A DNA stretch of 63,773 nt, the filler included, from Lenisia limosa (lineage: Eukaryota; Protista; Breviatea): NCBI GenBank assembly GCA_001655205.1. It is 6 parts of 6 records of this genome, joined end to end, with 100 filler letters (N's around TTAATTAATTAA, not from the genome) between each part and the next. Parts side by side here need not be neighbours in the genome. Positions count along the whole stretch, not along the records: positions 1 to 22,340 come from LPNZ01008243.1; 5 more parts are not named here. One strand, given 5' to 3'. Position 1 is the stretch's first letter. Every line of letters starts with the position of its first letter. The notes under the pieces are model-generated. The model did not search any database. It was not told where the DNA came from and saw only the letters and a list, made by a program, of their open reading frames with translations. Below are positions 1-10,833 of the stretch, piece after piece. The position numbers were made by a program, and so were the translations under genes.

Positions 1-379
1 GTGATTGGTGACAATCCAAGGAAAAGATCAGTTAATCATGGAAAAACCCACTGATGGATTCGATCGCTTTTCTGTCATTCATTAGTCATAGTTGTCGCAA
101 TGCTTTTAAGTATCACTTTACCAACTCTCTGCTGTCTTCTGTAATCAATAATATGTCATTTCTCTTCCGTCCATTGAGTCCAGGATCTCTACTTTTTTTG
201 GTGATCATCTATCATTATCTCCATGTTGATTCTTTCAGCTCCAGTGTCTGTTGGTTCTTTAGTTTCAGTATTTCATAATGTGCATTTTATTTCAGGTTCT
301 GGCTTTCTTTCTTTGCTCTGAAGTCAGATAGATTGTCTAATTTGTCGAATTTTGACTGGATTTTGAGTGTTTTTCTGGG

Positions 380-905
380 AAAACACTGTAGCGAGTGCGA
401 GTGATTTTTCCAGCGGTTCAGTTTTTTCCAGGAAAACCACCGGAAAAGTGAAAGAATTTCGACTCGAGTGTTTTCCATTCGAATTCCCCCTCGTGTTTTT
501 GCTCGTATTGGTCTTCCTTTTGTTGAAAAAAAAATCCTTGTAAAAAATCAGAAAACAACTCCCAAGAAAAAAAACTTTGGGTTTTCTTAGAGGAAAAACA
601 CTCTATTTTTCCGGCGAGTGCGAGTGATTTTCCCGGCAATTCAGTTTTTCCTTTAAGCAAACCCCGAGTTTTTTTTTTCCTGGGAGTGGTTTTTTTTTAT
701 TTTTTACAAGGAGTTTTCTGGCCGGAAAACACGAGTTTGCGAAGCGAACCAGTGTTTACAGAAAACTCCGAGTAACAAAAGGAAGACAACCACGAGCAAA
801 ATAAAACACGGGTGAATTCGATTGGAAAACACTTGAGTCTGGATTTCTCCACTTTTTCAGTAGTTTTTGAATTTTCTGGAAAAAGTTTTTTCAAGAGAGT
901 TTTTC
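380..905. mobile_element. Imperfect foldback (long inverted repeat) element
   Basis: ~440-590 (ACTCGAGTGTTTTCCATTCGAATTC...GTCTTCCTTTTGTT...TCCTTGTAAAAAAT...ACTCCCAAGAAAAAAAAC) is the approximate reverse complement of ~667-870. A direct repeat GCGAGTGCGAGTGATTTT occurs at ~392 and ~615. No coding signal. Confidence 0.65.
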
Positions 906-970
906 CAGTAGCTTTCCAGTGAATTCAGTTTTATCTTTTTTTTTTTACAACAAGGTGACATACAGCAAAC

Positions 971-1813
971 CTTAGAGAAGAGGGTTTGATTTTGGGCATG
1001 GGCAAGAGCGGTGGATGCACCCGTGACACCAACAGCAATTCTAAAGGTCAAAGTACCATAAAATTGATGAAGACTATTCAGAAAAGTAGTTGACTTACCC
1101 GCAAAATAAGTTACATAATCCGACAATTGTACCCGCTGTAAAGACAACATAACCTAAAAAAAAGATCAAAGCATATTTCAATAATGACATGGTGCTGACG
1201 TGCTAAAAGAAAATTAAACAAGAGAAGATAGAAAGGACCTACAATAAGTTGAAAGAATAAGCAATATCATGTTGGGGTGAGTGTTTTATGTAAAACAACC
1301 TGATTGAGGCTGGGATTCATACAACTTTTTCAAGAAAACAGAAACATTTACCATTTTCCACCTACCTGAGAAGTAATCATCATCAGTTAGCTCTGTGTAC
1401 CTCTGCCACTTGATACCCAGGATAATGGCCATGACAAGTCCGTAAATCGCGGCTGCCTCACAAAATAGAATACTACATAGAAATGAGAATCAGCATTACC
1501 ATGTATCAACCCCCTTTTTGGATTTTGTAAAAAGAAAGGAGCTTGCAAACATAGCGCATTGTAAAGAGGTAAATACATGTTTTGGAAAATCAAACCTGAT
1601 CAAGTTAAGGGAGTATATTTTGGGTACACGGATAGCAGCCGCCACCAGTGTTGAGCCCGTAATGTAAATACCCCTAATTAGTGAGTACCGAGTAGAGGTC
1701 AAAGCCCAAGAGACCCACGTTGCAGCGCCTAGAATGGAGAACGCAACAGACGCTGAAATGCCTAATGCTGCGAACATATATGGCGGGAGGTCCAGGAGGA
1801 ATTCCGTAAACAT
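971..1813 (-). CDS. ATP6V0B: V-type ATPase proteolipid subunit c'' (21 kDa, Vma16-type); last exon not found in window
   Basis: Spliced exons read MFTEFLLDLPPYMFAALGISASVAFSILGAAT/GIYITGSTLVAAAIRVPKIYSLNLI/SILFCEAAAIYGLVMAIILG.../GYVVFTAGTIVGLCNLFCG/IAVGVTGASTALAHAQNQTLFSK. This matches the c'' pattern, including the essential Glu in FCEA. Confidence 0.92.
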
Positions 1814-2387
1814 TATTGCTTGTATATGTATGAATGAAAAGCAATCTCTAAATATATATCAAAGGGTGAGAACAACTAGTCACTACTGTTTGTAAATTTG
1901 AAAGGAGGTATAGGGGTAGGGAGGAGGAAGGTAGGATGAGATAGGAACCTGGGGAACTGGAAGAAGGTATTATAAACGACGTGACGATGTGGGTATATGG
2001 CACGTATTGGGTATAAGACAGGTAAGGAGCTTAAAAGGCGCATGGCAAAAAAAAAACCAAGGGGCCGGTGCGGGTTGTGGAGTCCTGGAGTCAACAACCA
2101 GTTTTTTATTCCGGGCCGCAATTTTTCTCGCCGCACCTGGTGGGTGGGGGACGGTTGGTTGGGGACACTTGGGGGCTGCTGGGCTGCTTCACAGGCAGGG
2201 TTTCACAAATTTTGAGGGAGGGTCAGAAAACATTATCCCCCCATAAACGCACTATCCAAGTCGCCGTTGAAATAATGAGGATAGTTGAGAGAGGTAGTGG
2301 GAAGTACAGTAAATATTTCAGAAAAAAAAAACTATTGTGACCTGATTGGTCAGACGAAAATATGCAAAGCGAGGGGAGGGGGGTGGT

Positions 2388-3371
2388 CTACTTCTTCTCC
2401 TTGATAGACTTGCCAGCTGTCTTGAACTGATCACCCATTGAGGCTCCGGCTTCAGGGGCAACCTGGAGGTCAGAACCAGGACAAAGAATTGGCTAGCATA
2501 GCTTTAGTATTCGTGTAAGCCAAAGAGGCTCACTTGGAAGAACTCGGGAAGGGGGCCTTGTGGAGACTCTCTCTCGTTGACCTCCTGGAGGACCTGGCAA
2601 TGCGAACATAGGGGGCAGCAAAACTATACAGTAAACACTAAACCAAACGAAAAAGAGTTGGGTAACCAAGAGAAATGCTGCTTTCCCCATACGCCATAAG
2701 CAAGGTCAAGAGCTCCTGCGTTGCCAAGAAGAACATACTTCTTACGGGCATCAACTCTAAAGGTAAAAAAAGGGAAGAGGGAATGCGGGCAACATAATAG
2801 AAATAATAAATATACTCACCTGCCCTTGAGGCCTGCGCAGCAAGGAAGGAACATGTCTAACAGGCAGCACAGCCAAATATTGTTGTTATCCTTAGACAAG
2901 TGAGGTGGGAGGGGAGGGGGGACAAAAATAGCACACAAGAGTTCACATGAACCAAAATCCCACATACATCCATGCGGTTCATGTAGTTGCCGTAGGAGAA
3001 GCAACTGTGAAGGTAGGTAAGGACGCAATAGTGTGTTGGAAAAATTATAATTCCGATACAGGTAGCTGAGCAAATGACCACACTTCAACATAAATCTCAA
3101 CCATCATACTGGCAGAAGAAGGTGAATACAGTTGGTACAGGCGCATCACTACATCAAGTCAATTCAAAAAAGAGGGCCAGTGTATTTTTTGTTATTAAGT
3201 AATTGAAGAAGATTCCAGGAAATGTTTTGTTAACTTTTTTTCATTGCGAATTGGGTGGCTTAAGGGAAGCAGGGGGGAGGGGGGCAGAGATGAATTGATT
3301 GAAGACAGGACCACCTCCCACAAGCATCCAATGTATCCATGCTTGAAGTCACTCATTGGGTTTCCGACCAT
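2388..3371 (-). CDS. PLAC8/cornifelin-family Cys-rich protein
   Basis: Exons: MVGNPMSDFKHGYIGCF/DAPVPTVFTFFC.../DNNNIWLCCLLDMFLPCCAGLKGR/VDARKKYVLLGNAGALDLAYG/FCCPLCSHCQVLQEVNERE.../...KSIKEKK*. CCxxCxxCQ and RxxxRKKY are PLAC8 hallmarks. Confidence 0.85.
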
Positions 3372-3828
3372 ATTGGTATCTACCTAAGTGGTGACCAATG
3401 AGAGAGAAATTAAGAAAAGGTTGGCAAGAGGGCGAAAAGCCAGATACACTAAAGCGTAACAATGACACTCTTACCCAAAATTAAATCATGGTTAAAGAAA
3501 TTAAACCATTTTTTTTCACTCAAGACCTTCAAAAGAAGCCAAAAGTGAACAATCACACAATACAAAACATAAAATGAACATATTTATTACACCATTGTGA
3601 CATCATTACATACCTGCTGCGTTTAATCTGCATTTAATCGGTGATTTCTTGGCGCGCAAAAGGAAAAGATTAGTTTTGATTAGGCACTTTTCAGGACTTT
3701 TGTGAACACCCGTGACCAAGTTCTGACAGGTATTCTTTAAAATTCTTGTGAATATTATAATATAATTGTGAATATTATTTTATTAAGGTGAAAAAATCCA
3801 ATAGATGTAGTTTAGTTAAGAGATACGC

Positions 3829-6800
3829 ATGATTCCTCCGTTAGTAACTCTTTCTGGCCACTCTAAAGGGGGTCACATTGCACAGCCTCCTCCATCTCCT
3901 GCTAATCCGTTCGAACCGTTCTTCTTTTGCCGTCCTACAGAAAACTGTCAATTCAACCAGCGTGGTAGGACTCATAATGAACCCCCAATATGTGTATTAA
4001 TATAATAAAGGATGGACTTCTGCAACATGGAGCCCTTCTGGAGAGATCTTGTACACAGCTGATCGCTTGGGACGCCTCTTCTCGTGGTATCCACAACTAA
4101 ACAAGTATGGAACTTATACAAATCGGATTATATGACATGACATTTGAAGAAAAAGCATGTTGTCTATTGACGTAACTGCTCTGTAACGTTTTCAGATATA
4201 GTCTATTGTGTCGTGTTGCTGGATCCATTGTTACGTTGGCAACATGCCGTACCAGACCTCGTGAAATATTTGCCTCTTCTGAACGTGGATTTGTGGCCGT
4301 TATAGATACTCGTAAGTCAGCATATATGAGGGTTCGTTTTTGACATTGCAGAATCGGGGAAAGAAGTTTCAAGGCTGAAGGGGCATAAGACCCCTGTTTT
4401 TCAGATTAGTTTCTCTGGATGTTAGCTGGGGAAGTCATCAGTCGTATTCGGTGAACTGACGTTTTAGCTGTTGCAATGACGACATCAAAAGATTGTGCAC
4501 TACTATGGAAACTTGGGTATGTGATGGCAGAGTTGGTTTGATTCTTCAGGACATTTGAGAGAATCCGAACTTTGACTGTTGCTCGTGCCGATGTAATTTC
4601 GGTGGGAATGGGGAAGGGGAAACGGCTGAAGTTGATAGTTACGGATTAAAATCTGATTGCACTTTAGGCGTTTTTCCTAAGTAAAACGTCAATGATAGCC
4701 ACGGTATTTTCTGACGACTCAGTTCTCATTTGGGAAAGTTCAACTTATAAAGTGAGAGGGTCAGTCATAGCACTATTATTGTTTTCTTAGACTAAATCTC
4801 AACCCTGGGTCTTATTTTTCAGTTGCTGTATCGAATGACGCCTCCAAGACTGCCTTCAGAAAAACTGTCCCTTGAGGTTGACCTTCAAAGTGGGTTTTGT
4901 TTTTTTGCTGATATGTCTCTTTTTTTTCATTATAGTTCTAGGCCACCTCAGTCCCTCTCATGCGTCTTGGGGCTCGGATGCTGACGAAGAACCTTCAGGA
5001 ACTGAATTATCTGGTAGGACACACAGAGTTGGAATCCTCATTGGTCCATGGATGTACAGAGTGACATTTTTAGAGAAGGAAAGCAATCCGCGTGTTGCAT
5101 CGATGCCACAATTCAGACTCAGGTTTGTCCTTATGGCGTTCTGATAATGCTTCAGATATGCCGTGTCGACGTCATCAGAGCGGTACATTGTTGCTGCTGG
5201 AGAGTGAGGAGGGATTCTTTGTTTTGGCAGAACCTGTGCTTTTTACTGTCCAGGACCCCGCATTTGATTGTGTTTGATGCCCAAAGAAGAGGAGGGTGTT
5301 CAGTTCTGGCGATGCCTGGTGGAGAGGTTTGTACTCTTCAGATGTTGGTTCCTTTGGAACGTGGTTAATTCTTAAGATGTTGTTTCCATTGGACCATGGT
5401 TAATTCTTAAGATGCTGTTTCTTTTGGACCGTAGTTAATAGTTTTAGAAGCCATTGCAGATCATGCCATGGCCAAGCCATGAGGGAATCATTGTTCTTTC
5501 TGAGGATGGTAGGGGGGGGGGGGANNNNNNNNNNNNNNNNNNNNNNNNNNNNNNNNNNNNNNNNNNNNNNNNNNNNNNNNNNNNNNNNNGAGCTGTGCGA
5601 TGGATTAATATTTCCTCCTTTAAAGTTGTTCGCAGATTTATGCCTGATCCTGAGGGGCAGGTAATCTGGGTAACTTTGTTTTTTGCTTCAGGCCTTTGTT
5701 CAGTTGGTTGGAGAGTGAACTGTTTATCATATCCAGGTGACAGAATTTATTTCTGTTTCACATGACAATCGCTGGATGTGGGCTCACCCTTGGTCTGGAA
5801 CTGCAGCGCTTTATGCTTTGGTAAGCGAGGATCATACTTTTTGAGGTCACCGGAGGGCTGGAATGCAGTCGAACTGGTCTTTTTTTGCTTGTCTAAAACC
5901 TCTTTGTATCGTAAAAAGATAGCGCTCTTTTCACCCTGCGCAGGCAGCACCTAGGGCTTCGGCACCTCCACCAACTGAGTTGGCTGTTCCGCTGAAAGAG
6001 GAGCCCAAGTAAGCCACAAACCTAGTTGGATGAGTTACCTTTCAAAAAAGAGGGCACTATTTCTGTCGAAAAGGACCAGTACAATATCGGTTATTTCCAG
6101 ATTAAGGGCGAATTTGCTCTTTTCTATCTCATCTTTCAGAGTTCAAACCGCAAAGCCTATGAAGTCGCCGAAGTGGGCTTGGTTGAGACTTTGTTCTTGT
6201 CAAGCTTGGTTGAGGCTTTGTTCCTGGCAATCCGTTCTTATTTCTCAGGTTTTTGGAGCCAACAATGAATTCGTCGCAAGTTCTCCACCATATGGGCGGT
6301 CTTGTCACCCTAACTCAAGGGCTTCCGGTTCGTTTTATTCATCTTTTCTCTGACAAGATAGGAGGACGGAATATTTAGAAACAGGGGAAAACTTCATGAG
6401 GTTCTAATGGAACATGGTACATTCCCAAGCAAGTATAGGTGGGCGGCATGGGACTATAATGTCTGAATGACAAAACCTGTAACTTATCATGTCATACAAG
6501 TAATTTATTTTACTCATATTCTAGACTGTTGATTTGGCGCTTCCTCCTAGGCTTACCTGAGAACCATGATGCTTTCAACGATTTGATTGCAGCCGGTATC
6601 CACCCCGATGCAAAGGCTCGAGGTACGGCTGGGCTTCACCATCAAGAGACTGTGTTTTTGGAACTTATTGTACCATTTGGTTTTGTTCTTGTTTTTGTTT
6701 TTGTTGGATTGCTTGTGGATTCATTTGGCATTCGAGTAAATTTTATAAATTTGAAAGATCCTTGATTGGGTCTAACTAGTGTAGTACGACGTTTCCCTAT

Positions 6801-9800
6801 GAAGTCAACACGAATGGCTGCAAGATTAAACAGGTAAATACGAATACAAGAGAGGCAGCTTTTGTTTAAACCCACCTTACTACTCAGAGTTCTTTCTTGC
6901 CTCAACCACTGGTCACCTGTCTTTGCTGTTGCACCTTTCATGCCATACTTTGTGTTCCCCTTCATCAAGGTAAGCCGTTGCTTAGTCTTCTTTCGAAAGC
7001 AGTTTTTATTCAATGGATAGATTTCTAATATTTTCAGCTTTTCGGTTCTGATGATATTGCAGTCTTCGAAACCGTTGCGTCGTTACTCGGTAATCCTTCA
7101 CTCGGACAATTTCAGAAACGAAATATTTTCCTATTTTCTTTGACATATCAGTTAATCAGTGCCACTATTGGTTTGAGTTTGCCCCACATCCCCCCGTCAC
7201 CCTCCTTAACTCCCTTTCGCGACTTCTCTCAATTTTTGATACCCAGCTCCATGCTCATCTGACCCAATACAAAGTGAGTCAGTCACAGTTTTGGAATGTA
7301 TTTGTGTATGCAACGATTAACTCGTTTAGCTTCCTGCTGACATCTATTTATGGCCACTTTTGTCAACATTATTTACTGAGGTCGTTGACAAAGTAAGGAG
7401 GCTGTGCAGTTTAGGGACGATGTATGCTTTTTATATGAGATGAATTTGGACATGTCTTACTTGGCAGGACGACTGGCTCATGATTATGGACCATCTTGTG
7501 ATGGGCAAGGCTAATTTGATCCACTATATTGGGTTGGCACTTGTGCGAGCAGTCCGAGTTGATCTCCTCAATTGTTCAAACCATCGTGATGTTGCGGTGA
7601 GCTGGCCGACAATTTGTAGTTATTACTGATGTCCTATGCTGATCAACGTAGTTTCTTCTGACACGTCCCTTCCGCATCAACGTTTCCGAAGTATTGGGAC
7701 TTGCCTACGCAATGGAGCGGGACTCTCCTTCGTATGAGTGGTACATCTGGCCATATCAATGGGTGTTCAGGAACCTTCTCACCACTGCTTACCTTATTGT
7801 TTAGCGACATGGAGCCTGCTTCAGTGACTATCACTCCACTAATGTCTGGTCGCTACCAAATCTTCGACAAATATCCCAAGGTTGCTTGTTGTGATGTCCT
7901 TTCTTCCGTCAAGTGGATCATCTTATGGATCTAGACTGTTGTAAACTATCAGTTGAAAGAGGTGACAAGAATAAGGGCTGAGGAGGAGGACTTCTTGAGG
8001 AAAAAGTGAGGTTGAGTGACTGTATTGCTACACCCCGTCAGGCTAGTTTTTACTGTGACTCTTCAGACGCATTGCTGAAGCTACTGATGAAATGGAGAAG
8101 ATGGTCCACACCGACCCTCTCCAGGCCTGGCAGCAAGATGATGGTTTGGCTTGGGTTTGCATTTGTGATTTCCTTCAGCAATGCTCCGTCGATTGGAAAG
8201 AGCCCAGGCCGCGCAAACTATCGAGAAAGACCGCCATAGGTCTGCTACTGATAAATTCCTTCGGTCTCTATATATAATTCAAGAAATTTGGTATTCTACT
8301 CCTTTTGACTGTTTATAGGGTTGAGAAGCTTGGACGTATGTCAAACGTTGTTGCTGAAAATCGCCTTGCCACGGCCATGCATCGAGAAAAGAGGCTGGAG
8401 GATGTACATAAGAGACAGGTATGCTGTATAGAGGGTTGCAACTAATCTGCAGGCATCCACGCGTTCAAAGGCAGTGAAGGAACGGGACAACGATATGGCA
8501 GCTATTGAAACGATCCATAGGAGAGAGCTCAACCAGCTCGAAAATGAGGCACGGGTGGTCAACGCTGAAGCTGCGCATCACGCTCGAATATTGGCCAAAC
8601 AGACAGAATTGGTGGGACTAACCTTTGAGGTGTTGACGCTTTCAGCTGAATCAGCAAGCAGTGAACAAAGCGGACCAGGAGTCTTTGTATGTCATAGAGA
8701 GTCAAAGAGCACGGCTTCAGTTTGACAGACAAAAGGCGTCTCAGGAACATCAACAGGCGGTCATCAAGAGGATCGTGGGTCTTAAACTAAATTTGGGTTC
8801 TTGAAACGACAGTTATCTAACTTCTAAGGCTCTTGAAGAGCGGCTTGAGAAGATGCGGGCGATAGAGGAGGCCGATCACTATGTACAGGAAACAAGACAC
8901 AATGCGGAGTTGGCGCTTGTCAGTCGTGAAAAGGAACATGCTGAGGTGAGGCTCTTCATAATGGCGTTATTGACAACACCAGGCAATGCATAAGCAAGAA
9001 ATGGCAATGCTGGCTGAAGGGCTGAGGCAAAAGACATCTAAAGATGCTGCGTCCAAAATCGTGGGTTATTAAGATAACCAAATATAATGCTGTAGCGTGA
9101 GAATGCACTTAAGGAAAGAGAGGCTTCAATCGAGGCAGAAACTTTACGTCAAGGCAGGAACTCAGCTTTGAGGGTCAGTTGTCCCAGGAATCGCACCCTT
9201 TAACCTCCTTTAGAATCAACACTCAGACAGAGCTCAACAAATTGAACTGGAGCAAGCCAGGGATCGAAAGATCAGTGAAGAGAGAATCCAAAGACTGAAA
9301 GAGGTTTGGGGGGGGGGGGGNNNNNNNNNNNNNNNNNNNNNNNNNNNNNNNNNNNNNNNNNNNNNNNNNNNNNNNNNNNNNNNNNNNNNNNNNNNNNNNN
9401 NNNNNNNATTCAACGCAAGAGAGAAGCTGAACTGAAGATACAAAGCACACTTCAAGCAGTTAAATCCAAAGAGGTGGGCTGCGTCCGTCTGCCATTTTAT
9501 TTACTGATTAGCTGGAAGCTGAGCGGGAGGCACAAAAACAGATCAGTGCTATACATCGTCTGCGTCAAGAGGTCTGCCGATGGGGGATGTAGTTTGCTTA
9601 TCTTTGGTTTTGTTTTCCTTCAGTGGTTTACCAAGTTTAAATGTTCATATCATATACTATTTTTTTTATTTATTTTTTTGGTCTCAATTTGACCCTAAAG
9701 GAAGGGCAACTTGAAGCAGACCTCTTGCACCGCGAAGAAGACTTATCGGAACAAAAAGCATTCCAAGCTCTTCTACTGGTATATTGGACCTTGATGTTTT

Positions 9801-10826
9801 GTTTTATTTCCTTCCACTTGTTACTGTTTAGGACCGTGTTAATGATGCTGTGGAGGCCGAAAGGAGACAATGGGGCGCGGTTAGGAACGAACTTGAAAGT
9901 CAAATGGATGTAAGTTACTTGACAGAATAACGTCACAATACACGTAGGCCCTCAAGACTTCGGCTGAAGAAGCTCATGTAAGGAGAATGAGAGAACTCAC
10001 GGCAAAACAAACCGAAATTATGAAGAACGCAGAAGAAGAGGTGGGCGCTTTTTCTTGCTGACTTTGAAGGCCACAATAGCAGCACGTAATCAGATTCAAG
10101 CTGGGTTGGACCAGTCTAGACAAGCCTTTGAAAATGAGCAGAGCGGCAATATCACAAAGTTCAAAAATGAGGAGGTAATGAAGATGAAATGCTGTACTAA
10201 TTTTACTACCCAGGCAGCAGCACAGTCTCAGATCGATGCGACTCAACGTGCATCTTCACAACTCCAGCAGCCAATGTGAGCCTGCTTTGTCTGTTCCCGT
10301 CGCTGACATTGTAGTGAGGCATCAATATCATCCAGGCGTTCGGAGTTTGTTGAAAGGAAGCTCTCAAAGTAGGGAATATGTTGACACTGAGGAATGGCAC
10401 AGGCTCTTCTTGGGGTTACTGTTTCAGACCTCCTCTCCCCCCAAGTGCAAGAGAGACCTTTGTAGACTCCCAGTTGAGCCAACAATCGGTTCCTATTGAG
10501 ACGGAAGACAGATTCCATCACAACCATGCTCTTACCAATCCTGAAGGTTTGTCACGTTCTATCTCACATTTCGGTTTTTCTTTGCGCTCATTCTAACACA
10601 GGAACAACACGAGCAGGGTGCCCAGCTTGTCAGTTGGAGTTGTCGCATCCGGACCTTGCTGAAGAAGTTTGTCATCCTGAGTTTGATTCATGTGACTGTT
10701 TAGGCATTTGGTGTGATGTCCACACACACGCAGCATCGACTGGACTTCTTAAGAGGGCTTAAGGAGGAGGCTGACGAAATAGTCCGAAACAGTCAACTGT
10801 CAATGACCACATCATCAGAGGAATAA
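3829..10826 (+). CDS. TBC1D31: TBC1D31/WDR67-like: N-terminal WD40 repeats, Rab-GAP TBC domain, long C-terminal coiled coil
   Basis: WD exons WTSATWSPSGEILYTADRLGRLFSW and ESGKEVSRLKGHKTPVFQISF. TBC entry IWRFLLGLPENHDAFNDLIAAGIHP resembles recalled human IWRSLLQLPENHTAFSTLIDKGTH. TPLMSGRYQIFDKYPK resembles LTKGQYPVFNQYPK. E/R/Q-rich exons run 8000-10300; stop at 10824-10826. Confidence 0.88.
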
Positions 10827-10833
10827 GTGTATA

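Noticed and set aside
1-330. Possible exon(s) at the window start
   Set aside because: All frames are short and none matches the missing V-ATPase exon or any family I recognise.
1876-2340. Overlapping short ORFs between the V-ATPase and PLAC8 genes
   Set aside because: There is no splice-consistent model or recognisable motif. They are G-rich and likely UTR or intergenic.
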